This document shows positions 37,590 to 49,500 of a stretch of DNA of 64,000 bases, piece after piece. Within the stretch, counting starts at the first letter, position 1, and the number at the start of each line of letters is the position of its first letter. This DNA is from Candidatus Latescibacterota bacterium (GTDB lineage Bacteria; Latescibacterota; UBA2968). Location of the stretch: NCBI GenBank assembly GCA_965204745.1, contig OZ242010.1:4064001-4128000 (forward strand), in the 5' to 3' direction. The notes under the pieces were generated by a model. It worked only from the letters and a program-made list of their open reading frames with translations, was not told where the DNA came from and made no database searches. The position numbers and the translations under genes were made by a program.

Positions 37590-40500
37590 TGGAAGTGGGA
37601 GTCGGGATAGAGGCTTCGGATGTAGGGTTCAATGGCTTGAGCGGTCGTGCGCGTAGCAGTTGGCTCGATGACGTTCCCTCTGACGAGGGCCTCGTTCCGG
37701 AAGAAGAGGACGTATCGAATGATCAGGATTATATCCGAGAACAGCCTCACATCGCCATCGCCATCCACATCGAGAATGTTCTGATTGACCAACGTGTCGA
37801 GGTAGGGTTCAATTTCTTGAGCGGTCTTGCGCGTGGCAGTTGGCTCGATGACGTTCCCTCTGAGGAGGGCCTCGTTCCGGAAGAAGAGGACGTATCGAAT
37901 GACCAGGATTATATCCGAGAACAATCTCACCCGGCCATCGCCATCCACATCCAAGTTGGCACTCGGTATCGCGGATTGGAGTTGAAATTGCACGGTGGTG
38001 TCCATGCCGGCATACTTCAAGACCGGGTACTGATTCGTCGCGCCAAAGGTCCACGGATCATCGCCGCCGGGTTGTCCGTCAAGGTTGGCATTCCAAGTGG
38101 AGAAGATGAGGGTGTAGCCGGTGGGGGATTGGAGCGCGCTGGTCGTCTGGCCGGTAACGCCGCCACCGCCGGCGCTGGTTGTGCAACCGTTGCTGCCGCC
38201 GGATGTACAGCCGCTGGTTTGGGTGTCCCAGTAGCTTGCGGTGCCGCCCGTGCCGGAGCCTATCAACCCGCCGATGGTTGTTAGCGTTCCGCTGGAGCGA
38301 GTAACCACGCCGGTGGAGTAGGAGTTCGTTACGGAGCCGCCTTGGCTTGCTCCGAGCAGTCCGCCGACGTGCTCAGGGCCGCTGACGGATGCGGTGGAGT
38401 AGCTTGAGGTAATCGCGTTGGGCGTCCATCCGACCAACCCGCCGGCGACCCTAGTCGTCGCCGAAACGTTGCCGGTGGAGTAGCAGGCGACGACTGTGCC
38501 GCGCAGGGCGCCGACCAGAGCGGCGGCATATTGGCCTCCCGCAACACTGGCGTTGGTTACGCCGACGGACTCGATGCGGGAGGCGGTGTCGGCGTTGCCG
38601 AATAATCCCACTTCAGTGAGGGAGGGTCGGTTGATGGTCAGGTTGTCGATAGTGTAGCCGTTGCCCTTGAAATCGCCGGTGTATCTGGCGGCGTCTGTGC
38701 CGATGGGTAGCCAGCCGTCGCCGTTGTTCCAGTAGGTGGCGTCTGCTTGGGTGATTTGGTCGTCGCCATTCTCGTCAAAGTCGAGGTTGTTGAGCAGTTC
38801 GTAGCCGGTGCAGGTTCCGGAAGGGCAACCCATCCGGCCATTGCTGGTGATGTCGCGGTCGGGAAAGGCGGCGTTGTAGGTCATGGTATCATTATCGGCG
38901 ACGACCCCATCGCCGTTGAGATCCCAGCGGATGGCATGTAGTTGCGCCAGCGTCTCAATGTCGATGAGGCCATCGCCATCGCTGTCGTAATTGATCGCGT
39001 AGGGCGTGCCCATGACCTCGTCCGAGGGCGTGCTATCGGTCCCACCTGCCAGGGTGGCAAGGACGCGCACTGTGTAGGGTGTGCCTATCGTCAGGTTCTC
39101 TATCGTGTAGGTCGTGGTGCTCCCTCCAGAGACCGTCTCCTGGCGGGAAGAAGTGTTGTAGCTTTGTCCACCGGACTTCCACTGCACCTTGTATCCCGTC
39201 GCGCCGGTTGCCTCGGTCCAAGCCACAACGAGTTGGACCGGCCCCGGCGTCACGCGCACATTGGTGGGCCTGGTTGTCGCCAAGGTCACCATGACTTCCT
39301 CCGAAGGAGCACTGTCGGCTACATTGGTACGCGTGGCGATGACGCGAATCGCGTAGGTCGTCTCTGCGGTCAGCCCAGAAATTTTGTAGGTCGTGGTGCT
39401 CCCGCCAGCGATGGTGGCTTGCCCGTGCGTGGCGGACTCCTCATCGGCGGCGGGATAAGTCTCTGACCCGGATTTCCACTGCACCTTATACCCGGTTGCG
39501 TTGGACACCGCATTCCAAGTCACGGTCAGCGTGTCCACCTTCGCCGCCACCATCACAGTCGGACTGCCCAGCAGGGGAACGCCGGTCACTTCCTCCGAGG
39601 GGGCACTGTCGGCTACATTGGTACGCGTGGCGATGACGCGAATCGTGTAGGTCGTCCCTGCGGTCAGCCCAGAAATTTTGTGGATCGTGGTGCTCCCGCC
39701 AGAGATAGTGGCTTGCCCGTGCGTGGCGGACTCCTCATCGGCGGCGGGATAAGTCTCTGACCCGGATTTCCACTGCACCTTATACCCTGTTGCGTTGGTC
39801 ACCGCATTCCAAGTCACGGTCAGCGTGTCCGCCTTCGCCGCCACCATCACAGTCGGACTGCCCAGCACGGAAACGCCGGTCTGCTCTGCCGACGGCCGAC
39901 CATCGGGCGCACCGGTCTTGGTGGCAATGACGCGCACTGTGTAGGTCGTCCCGGCGAGCAAGTTGGCGATCTTGTAGCGCGTCCCCGTGACGGTCTCCTC
40001 ACGCGAGGCGTCGTAGCTCTGCGCGCCCGATTTCCACTGTACCTTGTACCCCGTCGCATAACTCGCCGCGCGCCAACGCACATCCAAGGTGTCCCTTTGC
40101 ACCGTCACGGTCACACTTGTCGGAATGCCCGGCGGTTGCAAGTTATACTGCACGGTGGTATCCATGCCGGCATATTTCAACACGGGATACTGATCCGCCG
40201 CGCCAAAGGTCCACGGGTCGTCATTGCCAGGCCTGCCATCGACATCCACATTCCAATTGGCGTAGATGTCGTTGTAATCCGTTTCTGACCGCAACGCGCT
40301 GGTGGTCTTGCCCGTGCCGCCAGCACTAGTTGAGAGACTGCTACTTTCCGTATCCCAATAGCTATCGGGGCCTGTGCCAGAACCGGTAGCGAACAGACCG
40401 CCTGTCAGGTCGTTCGAATCCCCAGTCGCCGTCCCCGTGGCGTAGCTTGCCGTAATCGTACCGGCATTCTGACCCACGAGACCGCCAGCCGCTGATCTGG

Positions 40501-43500
40501 TGTTGCTCCCCCCTTGTCCCGCCACCGGCCCGGTAGCATAGGACGCTGTCACTGAAGCACCGCTACCCAGGAGACCGACCAACCCGCCGACTTCATAGAG
40601 GACGCTACTCTCCCAACTTGGCCACTTTTGTGCGGTGGCATGGGAATAGCAAGCCGCGATGTGACCGGCCAGTGCCCGGCCGACCAAACCGCCTACGCCG
40701 TAACGGGCACCCTCAACAAAACCGGTGACATAACAACCCGTTATGCGCCCGCCGTTCTGAGTACCAACTAACCCACCAACGACGTCTGTCGCGTGTACAT
40801 TGACATTGAGCAATCCAACCCCAGAAATATCGCCACTCACGGTTGAAAACAGCCCAACATTGTTCCTTTGGCTTGGCCATCGGTAGGATATATACAGATT
40901 GGAGATGGTCTTGTTATTACCTTTGAACGTACCGGTGTAAGTCCCGATGGGTATCCAGCCGGCACCACTGTTCCAGTAGGTGGCGTCTGCTTGGGTGATT
41001 GCGCCGTCGCCATTCTCGTCAAAGTCCAAGTTGTTGAGCAGTTCGTAGCCTGTGCAGGTTCCGGAAGGGCAACCCATCCGGCCATTGCTGGTGGTATCGC
41101 GGTTGGGAAAGGCGGCGTTGTAGTTCATGGTATCATTATCGGCGACGACCCCATCGCCGTTGAGATCCCAGCGGATGGCATGCAGTTGTGCCAGCGTCTT
41201 AATGTCGATGAGGCCATCGCCATCGCTGTCGTAATTGATCGTTTGGGGCATGCCCATGACCTCGTCCGAGGGCGTGCTATCGGTCCCACCTGCCAGGGTA
41301 GCAAGGACGCGCACCGTGTAGGTCGTGCCAAAAGTCAGGTTCTCTATCGTGTAGGTCGTGGTGCTGCCTCCAGAGACCGTCGCCTGGCGATCAGATGTGT
41401 TGTAGGTCTGTTGTCCGGATCTCCACTGCACCTTGTATCCCGTCGCACCGGTTGCCTCGGTCCAAGCCACAATGAGTTGGACCGGCCCCGGCGTCACGCG
41501 CACATTGGTGGGCCTGGTGGTCGCCAAGGTCACCATGACTTCCTCCGAAGGGGCACTGTCGGCTACATTGGTACGCGTGGCGATGACGCGAATCGTGTAG
41601 GTCGTCCCTGTGGTCAGCCCAGAAATTTTGTAGGTCGTGGTGCCCCCGCCAGCGATGGTAGCTTGCCCGCGCGTGACCAACGCCAGATCGGAGGTGGGAT
41701 AAGTCTCTGACCCGGATTTCCACTGCACCTTATACCCAGTTGCATCGTCCACCACATTCCAAGTCACGGTCAGCGTGTCCACCTTCGCCGCCACCATCAC
41801 AGTCGGAATGCCCAGCACGGGAACGCCGGTCACTTCCTCCGAGGGGGTACTGTCGGCTACATTGGTACGCGTGGCGATGACGCGAATCGCGTAGGTCGTC
41901 CCTGCGGTCAGCCCAGAAATATCGTAGGTCGTGGTGCCTCCGTCAGAGATTGTGGCTTGCCCGTGCGTGGCGGACTGCTCATCGGCGGCGGGATAAGTCT
42001 CTGACCCGGATTTCCACTGCACCTTATACCCGGTCGCCCCGTTCACCGCATTCCAAGTCACGGTCAGCGTGTCCACCTTCGCCGCCACCATCACAGTCGG
42101 AATGCCCAGCACGGGAACGCCGGTCTGCTCTGCCGAGGGCATGCCATCGCGGACACCGGTCTTGGTGGCAATGACGCGCACTGTGTAGGTCGTCCCGGTG
42201 AGCAAGTTGGCGATCTTGTAGCGCGTCCCCGTGACGGTCTCCTCACGCGAGGCATCGTAGTTCTGCGCGCCGGATTTCCACTGTACTTTGTACCCCGTCG
42301 CATTACTCGCCGCAGTCCAACGCACGTCCAAGGTGTCCGCTTTGGGCGTCACGGTCACACTTGTCGGAATGCCCGGCGGTTGCATTGCAAATTGTGCGGT
42401 GGTGTCCATGCCGGCATATTTCAACACGGGATACTGATCCGCCGCGCCAAAGGTCCACGGGTTGTCATTGCCAGGCCTGCCATCGACATCCACATTCCAA
42501 TTGGTGTAGATGCCGTTGTAATCCGTTTCTGACCGCAACGCGCTGGTGGTCTTGCCCGTGCCGCCAGCACTAGTTGAGAGACTGCTACTTTCCGTATCCC
42601 AATAGCTATCGGGGCCTGTGCCAGAACCGGTAGCGAACAGACCGCCTGTCAGGTCGTTCGAATCCCCAGTCGCCGTCCCCGTGGCGTAGCTTGCCGTAAT
42701 CGTACCGGCATTCTGACCCACGAGACCGCCAGCCGCTGATCTGGTGTTGCTCCCCCCTTGTCCCGCCACCGGCCCGGTAGCATAGGACGCTGTCACTGAA
42801 GCACCGCTACCCAGGAGACCGACCAACCCGCCGACTTCATAGAGGACGCTACTCTCCCAACTTGGCCACTTTTGTGCGGTGGCATGGGAATAGCAAGCCG
42901 CGATGTGACCGGCTAGTGACCGGCCGACCAAACCGCCTACGCCGTAACGGGCACCCTCAACAAAACCGGTGACATAACAACCCGTTATGCGCCCGCCGTT
43001 CTGAGCGCCAACTAACCCACCAACGACGTCTGTCGCGTGTACATTGACATTGAGCAATCCAACCCCAGAAATATCGCCACTCACGGTTGAAAACAGCCCA
43101 ACATTGTTCCTTTGGCTTGGATATCGGTAGGATATATACAGATTGGAGATGGTCTTGTTATTACCTTTGAACGTACCGGTGTAAGTCCCGATGGGTATCC
43201 AGCCGGCACCCCTGTTCCAGTAGGTGGCGTCTGCTTGGGTGATTTGGTCGTCGCCATTCTCGTCAAAGTCCAAGTTGTTGAGCAGTTCGTAGCCTGTGCA
43301 GGTCCCGGAAGGACAACCCATCCGGCCATTGCTGGTGGTGTCGCGGTTGGGAAAGGCGGCGTTGTAGTTCATGGTATCATTATCGGCGACGACCCCATCG
43401 CCATTGAGATCCCAGCGGATGGCATGCAGTTGTGCCAGCGTCTTAATGTCGATGAGGCCATCGCCATCCCTGTCGTAATTGATCCTTTGGGGCATGCCCA

Positions 43501-46500
43501 TGACCTCGTCCGAGGGCGTGCTATCGGTCCCACCTGCCATGGTAGCAGTGACGCGCACGGTGTAGGTCGTGCCAAAAGTCAGGTTCTCTATCGTATAGGT
43601 CGTGGTGCTGCCTCCAGAGACCGTCTCCTGGCGGGAAGAGGTGTTGTAGGTCTGTTGCCCGGACCTCCACTGCACCTTGTATCCCGTCGCACCGGTTGCC
43701 TCGGTCCAACGCACAATGAGTTGGTCCGGCCCCGGGGTCACGCGCACATTGGTGGGCCTGGTTGTCGCCAAGGTCACCATGACTTCCTCCGAAGGGGCAC
43801 TGTTGCCGGCCGTTGTGGTGTGCGTGGCGATGACGCGAATCGCGTAGGTCGTCTCTGTGGTCAGCCCAGAAATTTTGTGGATCGTGGTGTTCCCGCCTGC
43901 GATAGTGGCTTGCCCGCGCGTGGTCAACGCCAGATCGGAGGTGGGATAAGTCTCTGACCCGGATTTCCACTGCACCTTATACCCGGTTGCGAGGGGCACC
44001 GCATTCCAGGTCACGGTCAACGTGTCCACCTTCGCACTCACCTCCACACCCGTCGGGCTACCCAGCGTGAGAAGGGTGATCACTTCCTCCGAAGGGGCAC
44101 TGTCGGCTACATTGGTACGCGTGGCGATGACGCGAATCGCGTAGGTCGTCCCTGGGGTCAGCCCAGAAATATCGTGGGTCGTGGTGCCCCCGCCAGCGAT
44201 AGTGGCTTGCCCGTGCGTGGCGGACTCCTCATCGGCGTTGGGATAAGTCTCTGACCCGGATTTCCACTGCACTTTGTAGCTGGTCACCCCGTTCACCGCA
44301 TTCCAAGTCACGGTCAGCGTGTCCACCTTCGCATTCACCTCCACACCCGTCGGGCTACCCAGCAGGGGAACGCCGGTCTGCTCGGCCGAGGGCCGGCCAT
44401 CGCGGACACCGGTCTTGGTGGCAATGATACGCACTGTGTAGGTCGTCCCGCCGATCAAGTTGGCGATCTTGTAGCGCGTATCCGTGGTGATGGCCTGACG
44501 CGAGACGGCGTAGTTCTGCGCGCCGGATTTCCACTGCACCTTGTACCCCGTCGCATTACTCGGCGCACGCCAACGCACGTCCAAGGTGTCCCTTTGCACC
44601 GTCACGGTCACACTTGTCGGAATGCCCGGCGGTTGCATTGCAAATTGTGCGGTGGTGTCCATGCCTGCATATTTCAACACGGGATACTGATCCGCCGCGC
44701 CAAAGGTCCACGGAGCGTCATTGCCAGGCCTGCCATCGACATCCACATTCCAGTTGGCGTAGATGCCGTTGTAATCCGTTTCTGACCGCAACGCGCTGGT
44801 GGTCTGGCTCGTGCCGCCAGAACTGGATGAGCGACCACTACTTTCACTATCCCAGTAACTATGGGACACTCCGGATCGTGCAAACCCGATCAATCCGCCT
44901 AGTTGGCTGGAGTCATGTCTGCGCCCAGTGACTGTCCCCGTGGCATAGCTGGTACTAACCGAACTAGGATAAATGTCCAACCTCCCCACCAAACCGCCGA
45001 CCCTGTTATTTCCAGTCACCGGCCCGATAGCGTAGGACGCTATCACCGTAGCTTTTAGTCTGCCCACCAAACCGCCGGCCCCGTCATGATCCCACCCTCC
45101 GGAGACCTCAGCATTGGCATAGCTGGCCGCGATGACGGTATTATTACCGTTTGATTCACCCGCTAAACCGCCCACATCGTGACCAGTACCCTCAACGCGA
45201 CCCGTGACATAACAGCCCAGGATGCGACCACCCACCTGATTACCGACCAACCCACCCACTTGATTTCTGCCTCTTACATTGACACTTTTCAGCCCCAGAC
45301 CGGAAATGTTGCCGCTGACACGGCCGAACAGCCCAACATCATCCTGACCACGGTTGATGTGCAGGTTGGAGATGGTCTTGTTATTGCCCTTGAACGTGGT
45401 TGAGTAGGTGCCTCCGATGGGCGACCAGTTGGGGTAGGTGTCGGCAGAGGTTACGCTCCCGCTCCCGTCGGTGTCGAAATTTAGGTTGTTGAGCAGTTCG
45501 TAGCCGGTGCATGTCCCGGAAGGACAACCCATCCGGACGTTGCTGGTGGTGTCGCGGTTGGGAAAGGCGGCGTTGTAGTTCGTGATATCACTATCGGCGA
45601 CGATCCCATCGCCGTTGAGATCCCAGCGGATGGCATTGAGTTGCGCCAGCGTCTTAATGTCGATGAGGCCATTGCCATCGCCATCGTAATCGATCCCTTG
45701 GGGCGTGCCCATGACCTCGTCCGAGGGCGTGCTATCGCCCCCACCTGACAGGGTAGCAGTGACGCGCACCGTGTAGGTCGTGCCAAAAGTCAGGTTCTCT
45801 ATCGTGTAGGTCGTGGTGCTCATCCCAGAAACCGTCTCCTGGCGATCAGATGTGTTGTAGGTCTGTTGTCCGGACCTCCACTGCACCTTGTAGCCCGTCG
45901 CGCCGGTTGCCTCGGTCCAACGCACAATGAGTTGGACCGGCCCCGGCGTCACGCGCACATTGGTGGGTTTGGTTGTCGCCGAGGTCACCATGACTTCCTC
46001 CGAGGGGGCACTGTCGGCTAAATTGATATTGGTACTCGTGGCGATGACGCGAATCGTGTAGGTCGTCCCTGCGGTCAGCCCAGAAATTTTGTAGGTCGTG
46101 GTGCGCCCGTCAGAGATTGTGGCTTGCCCGTGCGTGGCGGCCTGAGAATCGGAGGTGGGATAAGTCGTTGCCCCGGATTTCCACTGCACTTTGTAGCCGG
46201 TCGCCCCGTTCACCGCATTCCAAGTCACGGTCAGCGTGTCCACCTTCGACGCCACCATCACAGTCGGACTGCCCAGCAAGGCGAGAACGCCGGTCTGCTC
46301 TGCCGAGGGTGTGCTATCGTTCGCACCGGTCTTGGTGGCAATGACACGCACTGTGTAGGTCGTCTCGCCGAGCAAGTTGGGGATCTTGTAGCGCGTCCCC
46401 GTGACGATCCCCTCACGCGAGGCGGCGTAGCTCTGCATGCCGGATTTCCACTGCACCTTGTACCCCGTCGCATAACTCGACGCACGCCAACGCACATCCA

Positions 46501-49500
46501 AGGTGTCCACTTTTGGCGTTACGGTCACACTGGTCGGAATGCCCGGCGGTTGCAAGTTATACTGCACGGTGGTGTCCATGCCGGCATATTTCAACACGGG
46601 ATATTGATCTGTCTTGCCAAAGGTCCACGGCTCGTCGTTGCCGGGTTGTCCGTCGAGGTTGGCGTTCCAAGTGGAGAAGATGAGGGTGTAGCCGGTGGGG
46701 GATTGGAGCGCGCTGGTCGTCTGCCCGGTAACGCCGCTACCGCCGGCGCTGGTTGTGCAACCGTTGCTACCGCCGGATGTACAGCCGCTGGTTTGGGTGT
46801 CCCAGTAGCTTGCGGTGCCGCCCGTGCCGGAGCCTATCAACCCGCCGATGAGTGGAGAACTGCCGGTGCCGGTAACCATGCCGATGGAGTAGGAGTTCGT
46901 TACGGTGCCGCCTTGGCTTGCTCCCAGCAGTCCGCCGACGTGCTCAGGGCCGCTGACGGATGCGGTGGAGTAGCTTGAGGTAATCGCGTTGGGCGTCCAG
47001 CCGACCAGCCCGCCGGCGGTCCTAGTCGTCGCCGAAACGCTGCCGGTGGAGTAGCAGGCGACGACTGTGCCGCGCAGGGCGCCGACCAGAGCGGCGGCAT
47101 ATTCGCCTCCCGCAACACTGGCGTTGGTTACGCCGACGGACTCGATGCGGGAGGCGGTGTCGGCATTGCCGAATAATCCCACTTCAACGACGGCGGGGCG
47201 GTTGATGGTCAGGTTGTCGATAGTGTAGCCGTTGCCCTTGAAATCGCCGGTGTATCTGGCGGCGTTTGTGCCGATGGGTAGCCAGCCGTCGCCGTTGTTC
47301 CAGTAGGTGGCGTCTGCTGAGGTGATTTCGCCGTCGCCATTCTCGTCAAAGTTGAGGTTGTTGAGCAGTTCGTAGCCGGTACAGGTTCCGGAAGGACAAC
47401 CCATCCGGACATTGCTGGTGATGTCGCGGTTGGGAAAGGCGGCGTTGTAGGCGGTCGTATCGCTGGTTGAGGCACTTGCGTCTATGGCACCATCGCCGTT
47501 GAGATCCCAGCGGATGGCATTGAGTTGCGCCAGCGTCTCAATATCGATGAGGCCATTGCCATCGCCATCGTAATCGATCCCTTGGGGCGTGCCCATGACC
47601 TCGTCCGAGGGCGTGCTATCGGCCCCACCTGACAGGGTAGCAGTGACGCGCATCGTGTAGGTCGTGCCAAAAGTCAGGTTCTCTATCGTGTAGGTCGTGG
47701 TGCTTCCCATAGAGACCGTCTCCTGGCGAGAAGAGGTGTTGTATGCCTGTTGCCCGGACTTCCACTGTATCTTGTAGCCCGTCGCGCCGGTTGCCTCGGT
47801 CCAACGCACAAGGAGTTGGAGATGCCCCGGCGTCACGCGCACATTGGTGGGCTTGTTTGTCGCCGCAGTCACCATGACTTCCTCCGAAGGGTCACTGTCG
47901 GGTATATTGACATTGGTATTCGTGGCGATGACGCGAATCGTGTAGGTCGTCCCTGCGGTCACATTGGAGATTTTGTAGGTCGTGGTGCTCCCGCCAGCGA
48001 TAGTGGCTTGCCCGCGCGTGGCCAACGCCAGATCGGCGTTGGGATAAGTCGCTGACCCGGATTTCCACTGTACCTTATACCCGGTGGCATGGTCCACGGC
48101 GTTCCAAGTCACGGTCAGCGTGTCCACCTTCGCACTCGCCATCACAGTCGGATTGTCCAGCGTGGACGCGATAAAGATGGATTGCTCTGAGGGTGTGCCA
48201 TCGCGCACACCGGTTTTGGTGGCAATGACACGCACTGTGTAGGTCGTCCCAAACGTCAAGTTGGGAATCTTGTGGCGCGTCCCCGTGGTGGTGGCCTCAC
48301 GCGAGTCGGTATCGTAGCTCTGCGTGCCGGATTTCCACTGCACCTTGTACCCCGTCGCACCACTCACCCCACGCCACCGCACGTCCAAGGTGTCCGCTAT
48401 TATCGTCATGGTCACACTTGTCGGAATGCTCGGCGGTTGCAAGTTATACTGCACGGTGGTGTCCATGCCGGCATACTTCAACACGGGATACTGATCTGTC
48501 TTGCCAAAGGTCCACGGATCATCGCCGCCCGGTTGCCCGTCCAAGTTCAGGTCCCAATTCGTCATGTAGATGCCGGTATAACCCGTGGGGCCTTGGAGCG
48601 CGGCGGTGGTCTGGGGAGCACCGCGTCCGGTGTCGCTACGTCTGGTGGTGGTTCTATCGTAGTAGCTGTGGGTAATTGATGAATTATTGTTGGTACCGAC
48701 CAAGCCACCAACATGTGAATTAGCACTGACCGGGCCGATGGCATAGCTACCGGTTATCGTGCTGGAATAGAAGTTGGCACCGACCAGGCCACCGGTGGTA
48801 TTGTTGCCTCTGACTACGCCGGTGGCATAGCTGGCGCGTATGACGGCCTTTGGGTTGCCGGTGTTGCCGTGGAAGCCCACCAGGCCGCCGACGTAAGCAT
48901 TGCCGCTGACTGCGCCGGTAGCATAGCTAGCGATTATCGTGCCGTCACTCCAGCCCACCAAGCCGCCGGTGCTTAGATTAGACCCAGTGACGTCCACCTC
49001 GGAACGACAGGCGGTAATGGTCGAGTTGCCGTGCGCCAGCCTGCCCACCAAGCCGGCGCTTCGTGCAAACCCGCTGACCCGTCCGGTGACGCGGATGTGC
49101 ATGAGCTGTAGATTGTTGCCTTCGCCAACAAGGACTGCGGTTTCAGCATTGCCGGTCACATTGGCGTTCACCAGGCTCAAATTGCGGATCGTGTTGCCCT
49201 CGGCATAGCCGAACAGCCCGGTTTTGCTGGCGGCAGAGCGGTCGATAAACAGGTTGGAGATGGTATAGTCGTTGCCGTGGAAGGTGCCGGTGTATTTCGT
49301 CGCACTGCTGCCGATGGGCGCCCAGCCTGCGCCGCTGTTCCAGTAGGTGGCGTCTGCTGAGGTGATTTCGTTGTCGCTGTTCTCGTCAAAGTTTAGGTTC
49401 GCCATCAGTTCGTAGCCGATACAGGTGGTCTCGCAACCCATCCCCGGCGGCCGGTTGGAGAAGGCGGCATTGTAGGCGGTCGTATCGCTGGACGTGGCAC

